64,000 nt of DNA, from positions 1,440,001 through 1,504,000 of the forward strand of contig OZ244650.1 in assembly GCA_965218785.1 (NCBI GenBank). Direction: 5' to 3'. This DNA comes from Nitrosopumilus sp. GTDB taxonomy: Archaea > Thermoproteota > Nitrososphaeria > Nitrososphaerales > Nitrosopumilaceae. Positions 32,701 to 39,239 of the stretch are shown in pieces; position 1 is the first letter of the stretch, and the number at the start of each line of letters is the position of its first letter. The position numbers and the translations under genes are program-made. The notes under the pieces were generated by a model. That model did not search any database. It was not told the origin of the DNA and saw only the letters and a list, made by a program, of their open reading frames with translations.

Positions 32701-33634
32701 CGGTATCAGCATCCACACGGACAAGCGAGTTGAATGATATCCTGCCAGAATCATGCGTTAGTTCGGCATTCTGTGTGACCGGGGAGCCGGCACCGGCTCC
32801 AATGTCAAATGTCCTTATTACTCCATTGTCAGTAGAACTCCTGTATGCAACTACCACGGTGTCATCATCGAGTTTTATCATGGAAGAGTACTGTCCCTGT
32901 TGTGCAGGGACAAACGGTGTGGGATTGCCGTCCCTGCTTAGTGCGCCAGTCGCCGCATCAATTCTGAAAACATTCAGAGATCCCTGTGGTGAATCCTGCG
33001 CGTCGGCATGTGTAAATACCAGCCTGTTTTCATCAAGCGCTATCAGGGATGGATCAAGTGTGTAACCGGGGGCGGTTCCATAACTAATAAAATTGACAAC
33101 GTCTGATATTCGGGGGCTTGCGCTAGTGGTATCTACATTATACGTGGCAAGATAGGATCCGGCACCGGCTCCAGTACCGATTCTGCCATTTGATGCAAGT
33201 GCGAGTGCGACCGTATCATCATCTATGCGCGTAGGGGAGATAGTGAGCGGATGAAAATTTTCAGAGACGCTTGTAGTAGTAGTTGCCTGAGAGGATTCTG
33301 TCAAAGCACGGCTGTGAAGCAGTGTGATATCACCACCAATTATGCTGTACAGTCTGAGGGTGTATTCATAAATTAGAATGCCATTAGTATCATAATTTGC
33401 CACGGTGTGTGAGGAGACATAGTAGTTGCCAGTCAGATGTATCAGGCCGTGCTTGTAGCTGTTATCTGGAAGGTCAACAAAATCCCCGTTTGATATGTTA
33501 TGAGTCGTTTGGGCATGTGCGTCTAGTAGTGCCGGGCAGGCAGACATGAAAATGACTGCCACACAGATGGCAATGAATACGGGGTTTAGAGAGTGCAGGG
33601 GTAAAGAGTGTGGGGGGGAGGTGTCAGATTCCAA
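20729..33634 (-). CDS. giant modular secreted/surface protein (4301 aa): beta-propeller-like N-terminus, multiple Ig-like/SwmB-like domains, NHL propeller, S/T/D stalk, poly-Gly, EP repeats
   Basis: Hydrophobic signal segment (..LDAHAQ); repeated ITIRFSEPV.V.G..QLLLETG and TFSE.VTGF..SDI modules; six THILVAD..N.R.Q.FD blades; C-terminal FEKIVDWFQSLFGL. Exact start uncertain. Confidence 0.88.
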   Translation of the reverse strand: MESDTSPPHSLPLHSLNPVFIAICVAVIFMSACPALLDAHAQTTHNISNGDFVDLPDNSYKHGLIHLTGNYYVSSHTVANYDTNGILIYEYTLRLYSIIGGDITLLHSRALTESSQATTTTSVSENFHPLTISPTRIDDDTVALALASNGRIGTGAGAGSYLATYNVDTTSASPRISDVVNFISYGTAPGYTLDPSLIALDENRLVFTHADAQDSPQGSLNVFRIDAATGALSRDGNPTPFVPAQQGQYSSMIKLDDDTVVVAYRSSTDNGVIRTFDIGAGAGSPVTQNAELTHDSGRISFNSLVRVDADTVVLAYSEIGDNGNNGDGSGRLKLFDISTTDGSIMQKGNTMTYYNGAATAPLDADIHHNSLVLLDSDTLALAYRGESGDGFIRTYDITSTGLVSNGGSFEHDRANGAFNALLKIDDDTLALLYSEDYPATIVASTATANTIKIINVVNPAVQLSSHGPFILKVSAPPGPHRAGDTVPISIQFDRPVTVTGESPHLFLDTGSFIPGTALFNSHSGDTMLLHYVVTPGDNSADLNYPDVDSFIAEDGAITSEADGSAANLTLPATTSDDSLGGSNIVVDTTVNPAVQLSSHGPFILKVSAPLGPHRAGDTVPISIQFDRPVTVTGESPHLFLDTGSFIPGTALFNSHSGDTMLLHYVVTPGDNSADLNYPDVDSFIAEDRAITSEADGSAANLTLPATASDASLGGSNIVVDTLAPTITISSVPSNSMDVEEMQILYTVTFSEDVIGFAQSDILIGGTVLGPAFIVDFTSVSPSVYTFQILPVTDGTIYISIPEGVTADAADNNNAASDTYTVNVNLPPIILSATTVDSRIIELVSSEPLRGTATILDFATDGIFSESPLNSVEIRGDAVILLHLVTPIIQSDVVTVSYMGDDLVDVTGKALAPFDGLAVTNNVSSFPEVIQVSAPAGSYGSGDIVPITIRFTEPVIVIGSLQLLLETGVDDGTAHYTSGSGTARLLFEYEVLAGHASNNLNYMDPNSLLLKDGSTVSAAGGIPPVLASLVLPDTDSAPSLGTHDVVIDTRAPIATLSSTTASSGDTISTYDILYTVRFNEAISGFDQSDISVTGTASGGAPESSNFAGFGIVYTFTVTATGDGTVIVSIPANAVNNDINNGNEISNIYTVTVEGRVPAIQSAMTASSTQIRLVATEDLRGSTTAAEYMVSGVSADNAVFNATLSGNVITIVLTSPIVLGDTVTVTYTGNGITDMAGKALAGFNDFAVTNSVSSVPEVIQVSAPAGSYENGDTVPITIRFSEPVTVTGSLQLLLETGVNDGTAHYTSGSGTAQLLFEYAVSAGHVSNDLNYVDTDPLTLGSSSSTITSADDGTAASLILPDTSSSDSLGGSNVAVDASPPVILSVTGTAGTYSLSDRILITVHFDRPVVINGFPRLLLETGTTDNFNFAEYFSGSNSNTINFLYIVFDEHSSDRLNYIDKGSLVLSGGSIVSRSNVPASITLPATTSNDSLGGSNLVIDGVKPTITSIVATDATKILLTASDLLVGTIISPTADFTISTSPLSSTPVLSAHILDNTIILVPSTPILPGDTVSVSYQGLGITDVNMNFLDFFTMGATNAVSSSAGPTIVSVTAPPGAYNEGDTVPITVTFSEPVAVSGIPQLLLETGATDALVDYTSSPHTFQLLFNYVVGSDDNSLELNYKTTDSLSLNDGTIEASDDRRSADLTLPALSSPLSLGNYSVVIDTIAPMFQSANHAPFTLSITGGFVEITVDEPLIGVVDTSEFSVSDGVVISTSLLSDTFITFLVTPIITDNTHTVSYTGTGKLTDAAGNPLDSFSDRPITDSTSVSNTVPLVLFVDAADASYTAGKDVLITVTFSEPVDVSGTPQLLLETGINASMAGYTSGSGGVELLFTYTVSAGDSSNDLNYVNTDSLSGGAIASADDSTPANLRLPALASPDSLAGRSDVVIDSIIPEFNFAETVNANTVVITASEPLAGMLVLLDFGVSNNAVSNAVISGSTVILTVDMAITFGETLTVSYKGTTITDDVGNMLVPFDSRSVKNNVPNPLFPTVIITSDTPQNGITSSDTISYIATFNRVVTGFDVTDVTVSGTASGGVLAASNFATVTTGTTYTFDVAITSDGTISVSIPGNAATDAANNGNAASATYTVTVNSTAPIVILDANITDGRITNSDTVSYTATFNRVVTGFDVTDVTVSGTASGGLPEPSNFATVTTGTTYTFDVATTGDGTISVSIPGNAATDAAGNNNEASATYTVTVDTTPPIINSVSTDQDVNHILIVANEPLVGTPRPNQFRVDPVDSVILASLASTNIRLFVLEAISDDSQTLSYLGGDLTDVAGNSLAPFQDVPIVPTILDTMGPDAGLHIVGGRATGVPNTFITNSNPVSYTVTFTEVVTGFTASGIAVSGTASGGLHTVSNFAGIDRDYSFDVATASDGTVIVLIPEDAAEDAAGNGNMASATITVTVDTAPPTVKSIKTTSATTIAITAFDPLGGFARATDFTVSGNKVSDAAITGSIITLTVETTITSTDAPTVSYRGSSIHDGINNALATFTDMPVTNTLSAIPLTVTITATGTPNGGTQDTDTISYVVTFNKAVTDFAASDISISGTAAGGSPTVSNFVGSGIRYTFDVTTIFDGTVIVSIPKDMATDMEGNGNVASGVYTVTLNILVPIGTFVSSIGGATTAAGTADGEFNTPIGITMNSTHILVTDTENNRVQIFDTNGNHVSTIGSSSLFSSTADGEFNNPRGIVATPTSILVADALNNRVQIFDLDGTYQSKFGIDGTRNGHFNVPQGITVTSTHILVADSFNHRVQIFDINANHVRTIGIIRPSASSDDGLFNRPIGITTNSTHILVADAGNNRIQVFDPDGGFVGKFGSSGTGDGQFDNPRGITTTPTHILVTDTTNHRIQVFDFDGNYITKFGTRGSSEDQFNFPQEITTNSTHILVADAGNNRIQVFDSAPTVVITSSIPDGGTQNSDTVSYTATFSEAVTGFDAVSDISLSGTAIATVSAPVGSGTTYNFDATVTFKGTVMVSIPKLVAADTAGNRNLASGMYAVTVDIVNSAVAVSDTPVMTDAASLKFFITHTDTPAISDVITGMGSVATSDSPTITDAASLNIVITHTDTPAISDVITGMGSVATSDSPTITDAASLKFFITHTDTPAISDVITGMGSVATSDSPTITDTASLNIVITHTDTPAISDVITGMGSVAASDSPTITDTASLNIVITHTDTPAISDVITGMGSFAASDSPTITDTASLELRITAIDTPAISDESDMQTMGALTPSDSPTISDTASLELHITHTDTPALSDESDMQTMGALTPSDSPVISDTASLKFFITAIDTPAISDVITGMGSIETSDSPTISDTASLELHITAIDTPAISDESDMQTMGALTPSDSPTISDTASLELHITHTDTPAISDESDMQTMGALTPSDSPVISDTASLKFFITHTDTPAISDESDIQMINYISEKDSPVLADTASLELHITHTDTPAISDESDMQTMGTITVSDSPVLADTASLKFFITATDTPAISDESDMQTMGTITGSDSPVLADTASLELHITHTDTPAISDESDMQTMGTITGSDSPVLADTASIQISLALSDSPAISDTVSGMGAITVSDSPVLADTASIQISLALSDSPAISDTVSGMGTITGSDSPVLADTASIQISLALSDSPAISDTISGMGAITVSDSPALADTASLNIVYTAIPEIISARLSTDTITIIYNVPVTTVSTDYTLTLSDGSTPPEINSIASSTPPNTISLTLESEISAGITVTISVTGPTRTSDPSLVIPQGSLYPVTAEDNIILAGTDNRIAVTDPASTLATIRYQSTVDATLDYSSLLDEEAVSPAVTTNNQIVVTATGLRGGNVQVTIPATTSFSSSTFDGILILPTDTDSDTGCNSAAITSGAQASCIEIGQADSVINTDNPIRIQLGDQAGNVPWYSESGEAATQITTACTADDLTPVSEQLEGTGECFINTSSDLIIWTTHFTVFGSNLVSPPPVVVEPEPEPTPEPAPRRSGGGGGGGGGGGGGGGGGGGGGGGGGGGGGSDGTSRGSPYDLSFIFTSDGANALTGPSQITLESDTSLTIAPRILPIDIRQKILKMEIIISDHTTPELPAAALIQYMLIPNILTYDKCSGKEYQSDRLYACDSSSILSETQVYYTESGDQTTKRFDSIVIPFEEEFSGSLTMFLQDNRGIILSSHGDKTYGITVTSGEDDKPEPADGMNPEPVEMDPEPVEMDPEPVEMDPESVPMNPELTPMNPEPVEMDPESIRKDPEPADDRNVFEKIVDWFQSLFGL
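20800..20950 (-). repeat. 21-bp coding repeat (EPVEMDP-like)
   Basis: GGTTCTGGATCCATTTCCACT-type units in tandem. Confidence 0.85.
21484..21570 (-). repeat. poly-glycine linker (~29 Gly)
   Basis: (CCG/CCA/CCT)n on the plus strand. Confidence 0.95.
22520..24460 (-). repeat. SDSP/TDTP stalk repeats, ~117-126 bp units
   Basis: Recurring SDSP.I.DTASL...ITHTDTPAISD units, near-identical in DNA. Confidence 0.92.
31471..32266 (-). repeat. 399-bp tandem domain duplication
   Basis: VNPAVQLSSHGPFILKV...LGGSNIVVDT twice, offset 399 bp, only a few substitutions. Confidence 0.93.
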
Positions 33635-33741
33635 TTAATTTACACCCCGTCATCATTACAATATGCGACTACTCTTTAAAAGATGTTATATTCTTGTTAT
33701 ATGGTCAAAATTAGACTCGAAAGTGTAATCCTAAAGACGTA

Positions 33742-33967
33742 GAGCCTTGGTGTATGGAGCCCTGGTGCTGGAGTTTTGATATGAACTAAGAACGGGAGCC
33801 TTGAGCCGTTATGATGGGAGGTATGAGCCGTATGGTATGATCTATGATATGAGCCGTATGATGAGCCGTGAATCTTGGTTATGACCTGAACATACATGAG
33901 ACACGAGCCCCCAAAGTGGAGAGCCTAGGAGGTGTAGAGCCCAGGAGTCATGAGCCTGACATGAGCC
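33742..33967 (+). repeat. cluster of 12 co-oriented GAGCC motifs
   Basis: GAGCC at 33742, 33757, 33796, 33803, 33825, 33851, 33863, 33905, 33921, 33937, 33952, 33963. Confidence 0.8.
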
Positions 33968-34518
33968 CCGATTGTTCTTAGGGAGTCTGAAAATCCAATG
34001 GGGCGGCTTGTTCAAAATTTTCTCCAGAGTCGTACGCCGGATTAACCCCGACTGGTAGACCTGAAGATCCAAAATATTTTCATCCAAGTGATTGATTGTT
34101 TTTGAAATGACGAGTCAACGTCCCAGGGATTTCTCCCCTGATTTTATCCCAGTACAGTTCCGGCCGGCCCGCCCCAGATGACCTGAAAATAAAGTGGGAG
34201 TGGGAGATGAAGTCTTCCCGCGTCTGTTTTTTACACAGTTGGATGGTTCGTTGATCTCGTTTTGTAGAGTAACTGCAAATTTTGAACCAGGAAGATTCGG
34301 GTATAAATGCATAAAATACACCTTGGGTGCATCCGGGGATTACATCACATGGAATCATTAGAATCATCAGGAATCAGGATCAAAGTAGAGATCTGCAAGT
34401 ATCATACAAGTCTAGAAATTCTAGATGATTTATGCTGTTTTTATTCTCTTTGTCGTTGTAGAACCTGTTGTCGCAGTATGCAATCCAATTCGTTAGCGGT
34501 GATAAAACCGCCGTTGCC

Positions 34519-37500
34519 TCAATTTTGGCGGACTGGTGCCGCGATAACGCTATATTCGTCTGATGCCCTGTTAAAGTTATGACCGGCATCTGATGCTGCG
34601 AGTTTGGGGACAAACACGGTAACTATGCCGTCGGAGGTAACTGCCACCTCAAAGGTGTATGTGGTACCGCTTCCTGCAAAGTTTGATACTGTGGGTGTGC
34701 CGCCAGATACCGTTCCGAATACTGTGATATCTGATGCGACAAAGTCTGTCACGTCCTCGCTAAAGGTGGCAGTGTATGATATCGTGTTAGAGTTGTATGT
34801 GCCGTCGTTGGGGGCGTCACTTGTTATGGCCACGGTGGGTGAAAGATCAAATATCTGTACCCTGTGGTTGCTGCTATCACCAACCAGCATGTGCGTGGAG
34901 TTTGTTGTGATTGCTCGTGGAGTGTTAAACTGGTCGTTGCCTGAGCCGCGGCTGCCAATCGTAGAGATGTAGTTGCCATCCCAGTCGTGTACCTGTATCC
35001 TGTGGTTGTTCCGGTCTGCAACCAGGATGTACGCAGGGGTTGTTGCGACTCCCGATGGGTGCTTAAACTGGCCGTTGCCTGAGCCGAGGCCGCCGAACTT
35101 GTCGACATAGTTGCCATCCAGATCAAATATCTGTATCCTGTGGTTGTTCCGGTCTGCAACCAGTATGTGCGTGGGGGTTGTCGTGACTCCCGCTGAGTAC
35201 GTAAACTGACCGTTGTCTGAGCCGTGGCCGCCGAACTCGTTGAGATAGTTGCCATCCAGATCAAATATCTGTATCCTGTGGTTGTGGGTGTCTGCAACCA
35301 GTATGTGCGTGGGGGTTGTCGTGACTCCAATAGGAGTTATAAACATGCCGTCACCTGAACCACGTTCACCGAACTTGTCGACATAGTTGCCATCCAGATC
35401 AAATATCTGTATCCTGTCGTTGCGAGTGTCGGCAACCAGTATGTGCATGGGAGTTACGGCAATATCACGGGGAGATTTAAACTGACCGTCAGCTGAGCCG
35501 CCGCTGCCAAACGTGCTAACAAAATTGCCATCCAGATCAAATACCCGGATCCTGTCGTTGCCGGTGTCTGCAACCAGTATGTGTGTAGAGTTTACCGCGA
35601 TACCTCTGTTAGCCTGAAACTCTCCGGCAAGGCGGTCAATTGAACTCTGAAAAGTTGCAACTGGTACAATGATATCCAGTGTAACGGTGTATGTGTTTGA
35701 TGCCATGTTCACGCTGCCATCAGCACCCATTACCGCACCTCGAGGAATGGATACCTTGAGTGTTCCGTCACTGGTGGCATCCAGGCTAAACGTCCAGATG
35801 AGGCCGTCGTCGCCTGATTCGTTAAAGTTTTGCACTTCCTCCGGCGTTACAGATGCGGTTCCAGATACGATGATATCTGTTCTGGTAAAGCCTGTCACGG
35901 GCTTGTTAAAGGTGACAGTGTATGATATGTCAGTAGAGGTGTGTGTGCCGCCGTTGGGGGTGCTGGTATTAGTTATGGTTGCAGTAATCGTTTCAGGAGG
36001 TGTGATAGTTATGGTCTGTGTAGCGCTTGCCTGATTGCCTAAAGAGTCAGTTGCAGTCCATGTGACTAGGGTATCGCCTGTTGGGAATGACTCTGTTGCG
36101 TTGTTTGTGATGACAGGATTTGGATCATAGTTGTCTGTGGCAGTTGCCATGCCGATGGGTACGACAGTCAGGGTGCCCGTGGCCTCTGCCGTTACATCGG
36201 CAGGTGCTGTAATGTCGGGAGGTGTCGTATCCTCGATGGTAATTATTTGGGTGGCAGTTACCGTATTGCCGGAGGCATCAGTGGCACTCCACGTAATTGT
36301 GGTCTCCCCAAGCGGGAATGACCCTGGTGCATCGTTTGTAATTAATGCAGTTCCAGAGTTATCAACTACTGTCGCCGTACCGTAATCGGATTCAGTCAGC
36401 GGTGTTAAAACCGCCGTTGCCTCAAAGATTTGGTTGTCAGGTGCCATGATTACAAGTGAAGGGCCAACTGGCACGGTAACGGTATATTCGTCTGATGCCA
36501 TGTTAAAGTTATGACCGGTATCTGATGCTGCGAGTTTGGGGATTGATACGGTGACCGTGTCACCTGAGGTAACTGCCACCTCAAAGGTGTATGTGGTACC
36601 GTTTCCTGCAAAGTTTGATACTGTGGGTGTGCCGCCGGATGCCGTTCCAGATACTGTGATGTCTGATACGACAAAGCCTGTCACGTCCTCGCTGAAGGTG
36701 GCAGTGTATGATATCGTGTTAGAGTTGTGTGTGCCGCCGTTGGGGGTGTCGCTCGTTATGGCCACGGTGGGTGAAAGATCAAATATCTGTATCCTGTGGT
36801 TGCCGGTATCGCCAACTAGCATGTGTGTGGAGTTTGTCGTGATTCCAGATGGTCTGTCAAACTGGTCGTTGCCTGTGCCGTGGCTGCCAATCGTGGAGAT
36901 GTAGTTGCCATCCCAGTCGTGTACCTGTATCCTGTTGTTGTTGGCATCTGCAACCAGGATGTACGCAGGGGTTGTCGTGACTTTCTCTGGTAAACTAAAC
37001 TGGCCGTTGCCTGAGCCGTAGCTGCCGAACTCGTTGAGGTAGTTGCCGTCCAGATCAAATATCTGTATCCTGTGGTTGCCCCGGTCTGCAACCAGGATGT
37101 GCGCGGGGGTTGTCGTGACTCCCGCGGGAAAATCGAACTGGCCGTTGCCTGAGCCGGGGCTGCCAAACTCGCTGAGGTAATTGCCGTCCAGATCAAATAT
37201 CTGTATCCTGTGGTTGTACCAGTCTGCAACCAGGATGTGCGTGGGGGTTGTTGCAATTCCAGTAGTACTGATAAACATGCCATTTCCTGAACCATATTCA
37301 CCGAATTTGTCGACATAGTTGCCATCCAGATCAAGTATCTGTATCCTGTCGTTGACACTGTCTGCAACCAGAATGTGCGTGGGGGTTACGGTAATATCAT
37401 AGGGAAGTTTAAACTGACCGTCATCTGAGCCATAGCTGCTGCCAAGTGTTCTAACAAAATTGCCATCCAGATCAAATATCTGTATCCTGTGGTTGTGGGT

Positions 37501-39192
37501 GTCTGCAACCAGTATGTGTGCAGAGTTCACCGCGACACCTCTGTTATTTATAAAGTCGCCTCCAAAGTGCTCAATTGAACTCTGAAAAGTTGCAACGGGT
37601 ACAAAGATATCCAGTGTAACGGTGTATGTGTTTGATGCCATGTTCCCGCCGCCGCCAACACCGATTACCGCATTTTGTGGAATGGATACCTTGAGTGTTC
37701 CGTCACTGGTGGCATCCAGGCTAAACGTCCAGATGAGGCCGTCGTCGCCTGATTCGTTAAAGTTTTGTACTCCCTCCGGCGTTATGGATGCGGTTCCAGA
37801 TACTTTGATATCTGTTCGGGTAAAGTCCATCACGGGCTTGTTAAAGGTGACAGTGTATGATATGTAAGTAGAGGTGTGTGTGCCGCCGTTGGGGGTGCTG
37901 GTATTAGTTATGGTTGCAGTAATCGGTTCAGAAGGCGTGGTTACGGTTATGGTATATTCGTCTGATGCCCTGTTAAAGTTATGACCGGCATCTGATGCTG
38001 CGAGTTGGGGGATTGATACGGTGACCGTGTCGCCTGAGGTAGCTGTCACTTCAAAGGTGTATGTGGTACCGGTTCCTGTAAAGTCTGATACTGTGGGTGT
38101 GCCGCCGGATGCCGTTCCAGATACTGCGATGTCTGATGCGACAAAGCCTGTCACGTCCTCGCTGAAGGTGGCAGTGTATGATATCGTGTCAGAGTTGTGT
38201 GTGCCGCCGTTGGAGGCGTCACTTGTTATGGCCACGGTGGGTGAAAGATCAAATATCTGTACTCTGTCGTTGCCGGTATCGCCAACCAGCATGTGCGTGG
38301 AGTTTGTTGTGATTCCTTGCGGAAATCCAAACTGGTCGTTGCCTGTGCCGGGGCTGCCAATCGTGGAGACGTAGTTGCCATCCCAGTCGTGTACCTGTAT
38401 TCTGTTGTTGACAGTGTCTGCAACCAGGATGTACGCAGAGGTTGTCGTGACTCCATATGGGTACTTAAACTGGCCGTTGCCTGAGCCGTAGCTGCCGAAC
38501 TGGTTTACATAGTTGCCATCCAGATCAAATATCTGTATCCTGTGATTCCAGGTGTCTGCAACCAGGATGTGCGTGGGGGTTGTCGTGACTCCCGCTGATT
38601 CGTTAAACTGACCGTCAGCTGAGCCGTAGCTGCCGAACTGGTTTACATAGTTGCCATCCAGATCAAATATCTGTATCCTGCGGTTGTTCAGGTCTATAAC
38701 CAGGATGTGCGTGGAGTTTGTTGTGATTCCAAAAGGATAGTCAAACATGCCGTTTTCTGAACCATGTTCACCGAACTTGTCGACATAGTTGCCATCCAGA
38801 TCAAATATCTGTATCCTGTGGTTGAAAATGTCTGCAACCAGTATGTGCGTGGGAGTTACGGTAATACCATTGGGACTGCTAAACTGACCGTCACCTGAGC
38901 CGCGGCTGCCAAACTGGCTGACATAGTTGCCATCCAGATCAAATATCTGTATCCTATGGTTGGCAAAATCTGCAACCAGTATGTGAGCAGAATTTACCGC
39001 GATATCACTGAGATAATTAAACCCTCCGGCATCGCCGTAAATTGAACTCTGAAAAGTCGCAACCGGTGGGTTATCTCCGGTATTAGCATTGATTTGCTGG
39101 GGGGGTGTAAACACCATCACAGAAACCAGCATCAACGCGGAGAATAGGATTATAGTACTGGATTGATAATATTTAAGCACGACACATGGCAA
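34519..39192 (-). CDS. secreted protein with three 6-bladed NHL propellers, Ig-like and HYR-like domains; C-terminus probably truncated
   Basis: Signal-like IILFSALMLVSVMVF; 18 NHL blades; FPLGETTITWSATDASGN HYR-like pair. Confidence 0.88.
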   Translation of the reverse strand: MPCVVLKYYQSSTIILFSALMLVSVMVFTPPQQINANTGDNPPVATFQSSIYGDAGGFNYLSDIAVNSAHILVADFANHRIQIFDLDGNYVSQFGSRGSGDGQFSSPNGITVTPTHILVADIFNHRIQIFDLDGNYVDKFGEHGSENGMFDYPFGITTNSTHILVIDLNNRRIQIFDLDGNYVNQFGSYGSADGQFNESAGVTTTPTHILVADTWNHRIQIFDLDGNYVNQFGSYGSGNGQFKYPYGVTTTSAYILVADTVNNRIQVHDWDGNYVSTIGSPGTGNDQFGFPQGITTNSTHMLVGDTGNDRVQIFDLSPTVAITSDASNGGTHNSDTISYTATFSEDVTGFVASDIAVSGTASGGTPTVSDFTGTGTTYTFEVTATSGDTVTVSIPQLAASDAGHNFNRASDEYTITVTTPSEPITATITNTSTPNGGTHTSTYISYTVTFNKPVMDFTRTDIKVSGTASITPEGVQNFNESGDDGLIWTFSLDATSDGTLKVSIPQNAVIGVGGGGNMASNTYTVTLDIFVPVATFQSSIEHFGGDFINNRGVAVNSAHILVADTHNHRIQIFDLDGNFVRTLGSSYGSDDGQFKLPYDITVTPTHILVADSVNDRIQILDLDGNYVDKFGEYGSGNGMFISTTGIATTPTHILVADWYNHRIQIFDLDGNYLSEFGSPGSGNGQFDFPAGVTTTPAHILVADRGNHRIQIFDLDGNYLNEFGSYGSGNGQFSLPEKVTTTPAYILVADANNNRIQVHDWDGNYISTIGSHGTGNDQFDRPSGITTNSTHMLVGDTGNHRIQIFDLSPTVAITSDTPNGGTHNSNTISYTATFSEDVTGFVVSDITVSGTASGGTPTVSNFAGNGTTYTFEVAVTSGDTVTVSIPKLAASDTGHNFNMASDEYTVTVPVGPSLVIMAPDNQIFEATAVLTPLTESDYGTATVVDNSGTALITNDAPGSFPLGETTITWSATDASGNTVTATQIITIEDTTPPDITAPADVTAEATGTLTVVPIGMATATDNYDPNPVITNNATESFPTGDTLVTWTATDSLGNQASATQTITITPPETITATITNTSTPNGGTHTSTDISYTVTFNKPVTGFTRTDIIVSGTASVTPEEVQNFNESGDDGLIWTFSLDATSDGTLKVSIPRGAVMGADGSVNMASNTYTVTLDIIVPVATFQSSIDRLAGEFQANRGIAVNSTHILVADTGNDRIRVFDLDGNFVSTFGSGGSADGQFKSPRDIAVTPMHILVADTRNDRIQIFDLDGNYVDKFGERGSGDGMFITPIGVTTTPTHILVADTHNHRIQIFDLDGNYLNEFGGHGSDNGQFTYSAGVTTTPTHILVADRNNHRIQIFDLDGNYVDKFGGLGSGNGQFKHPSGVATTPAYILVADRNNHRIQVHDWDGNYISTIGSRGSGNDQFNTPRAITTNSTHMLVGDSSNHRVQIFDLSPTVAITSDAPNDGTYNSNTISYTATFSEDVTDFVASDITVFGTVSGGTPTVSNFAGSGTTYTFEVAVTSDGIVTVFVPKLAASDAGHNFNRASDEYSVIAAPVRQN

Positions 39193-39239
39193 GACTGAAT
39201 CAGACTATTTAAAAATATCCATGATCTCGGCTGTCAAAA

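Noticed and set aside
20811-33065. Many long plus-strand ORFs (e.g. 23259-24866, 25332-26375, 21306-22067 poly-Pro)
   Set aside because: Antisense shadows of the repetitive giant gene; its codon bias leaves the opposite frame open
33980-34460. Short ORFs as a possible transposase or integrase remnant
   Set aside because: No catalytic motifs or terminal inverted repeats found
34519-39192. Diversity-generating retroelement as the cause of NHL variability
   Set aside because: No reverse transcriptase or non-coding template repeat in the window, and I could not establish adenine-specific changes by eye
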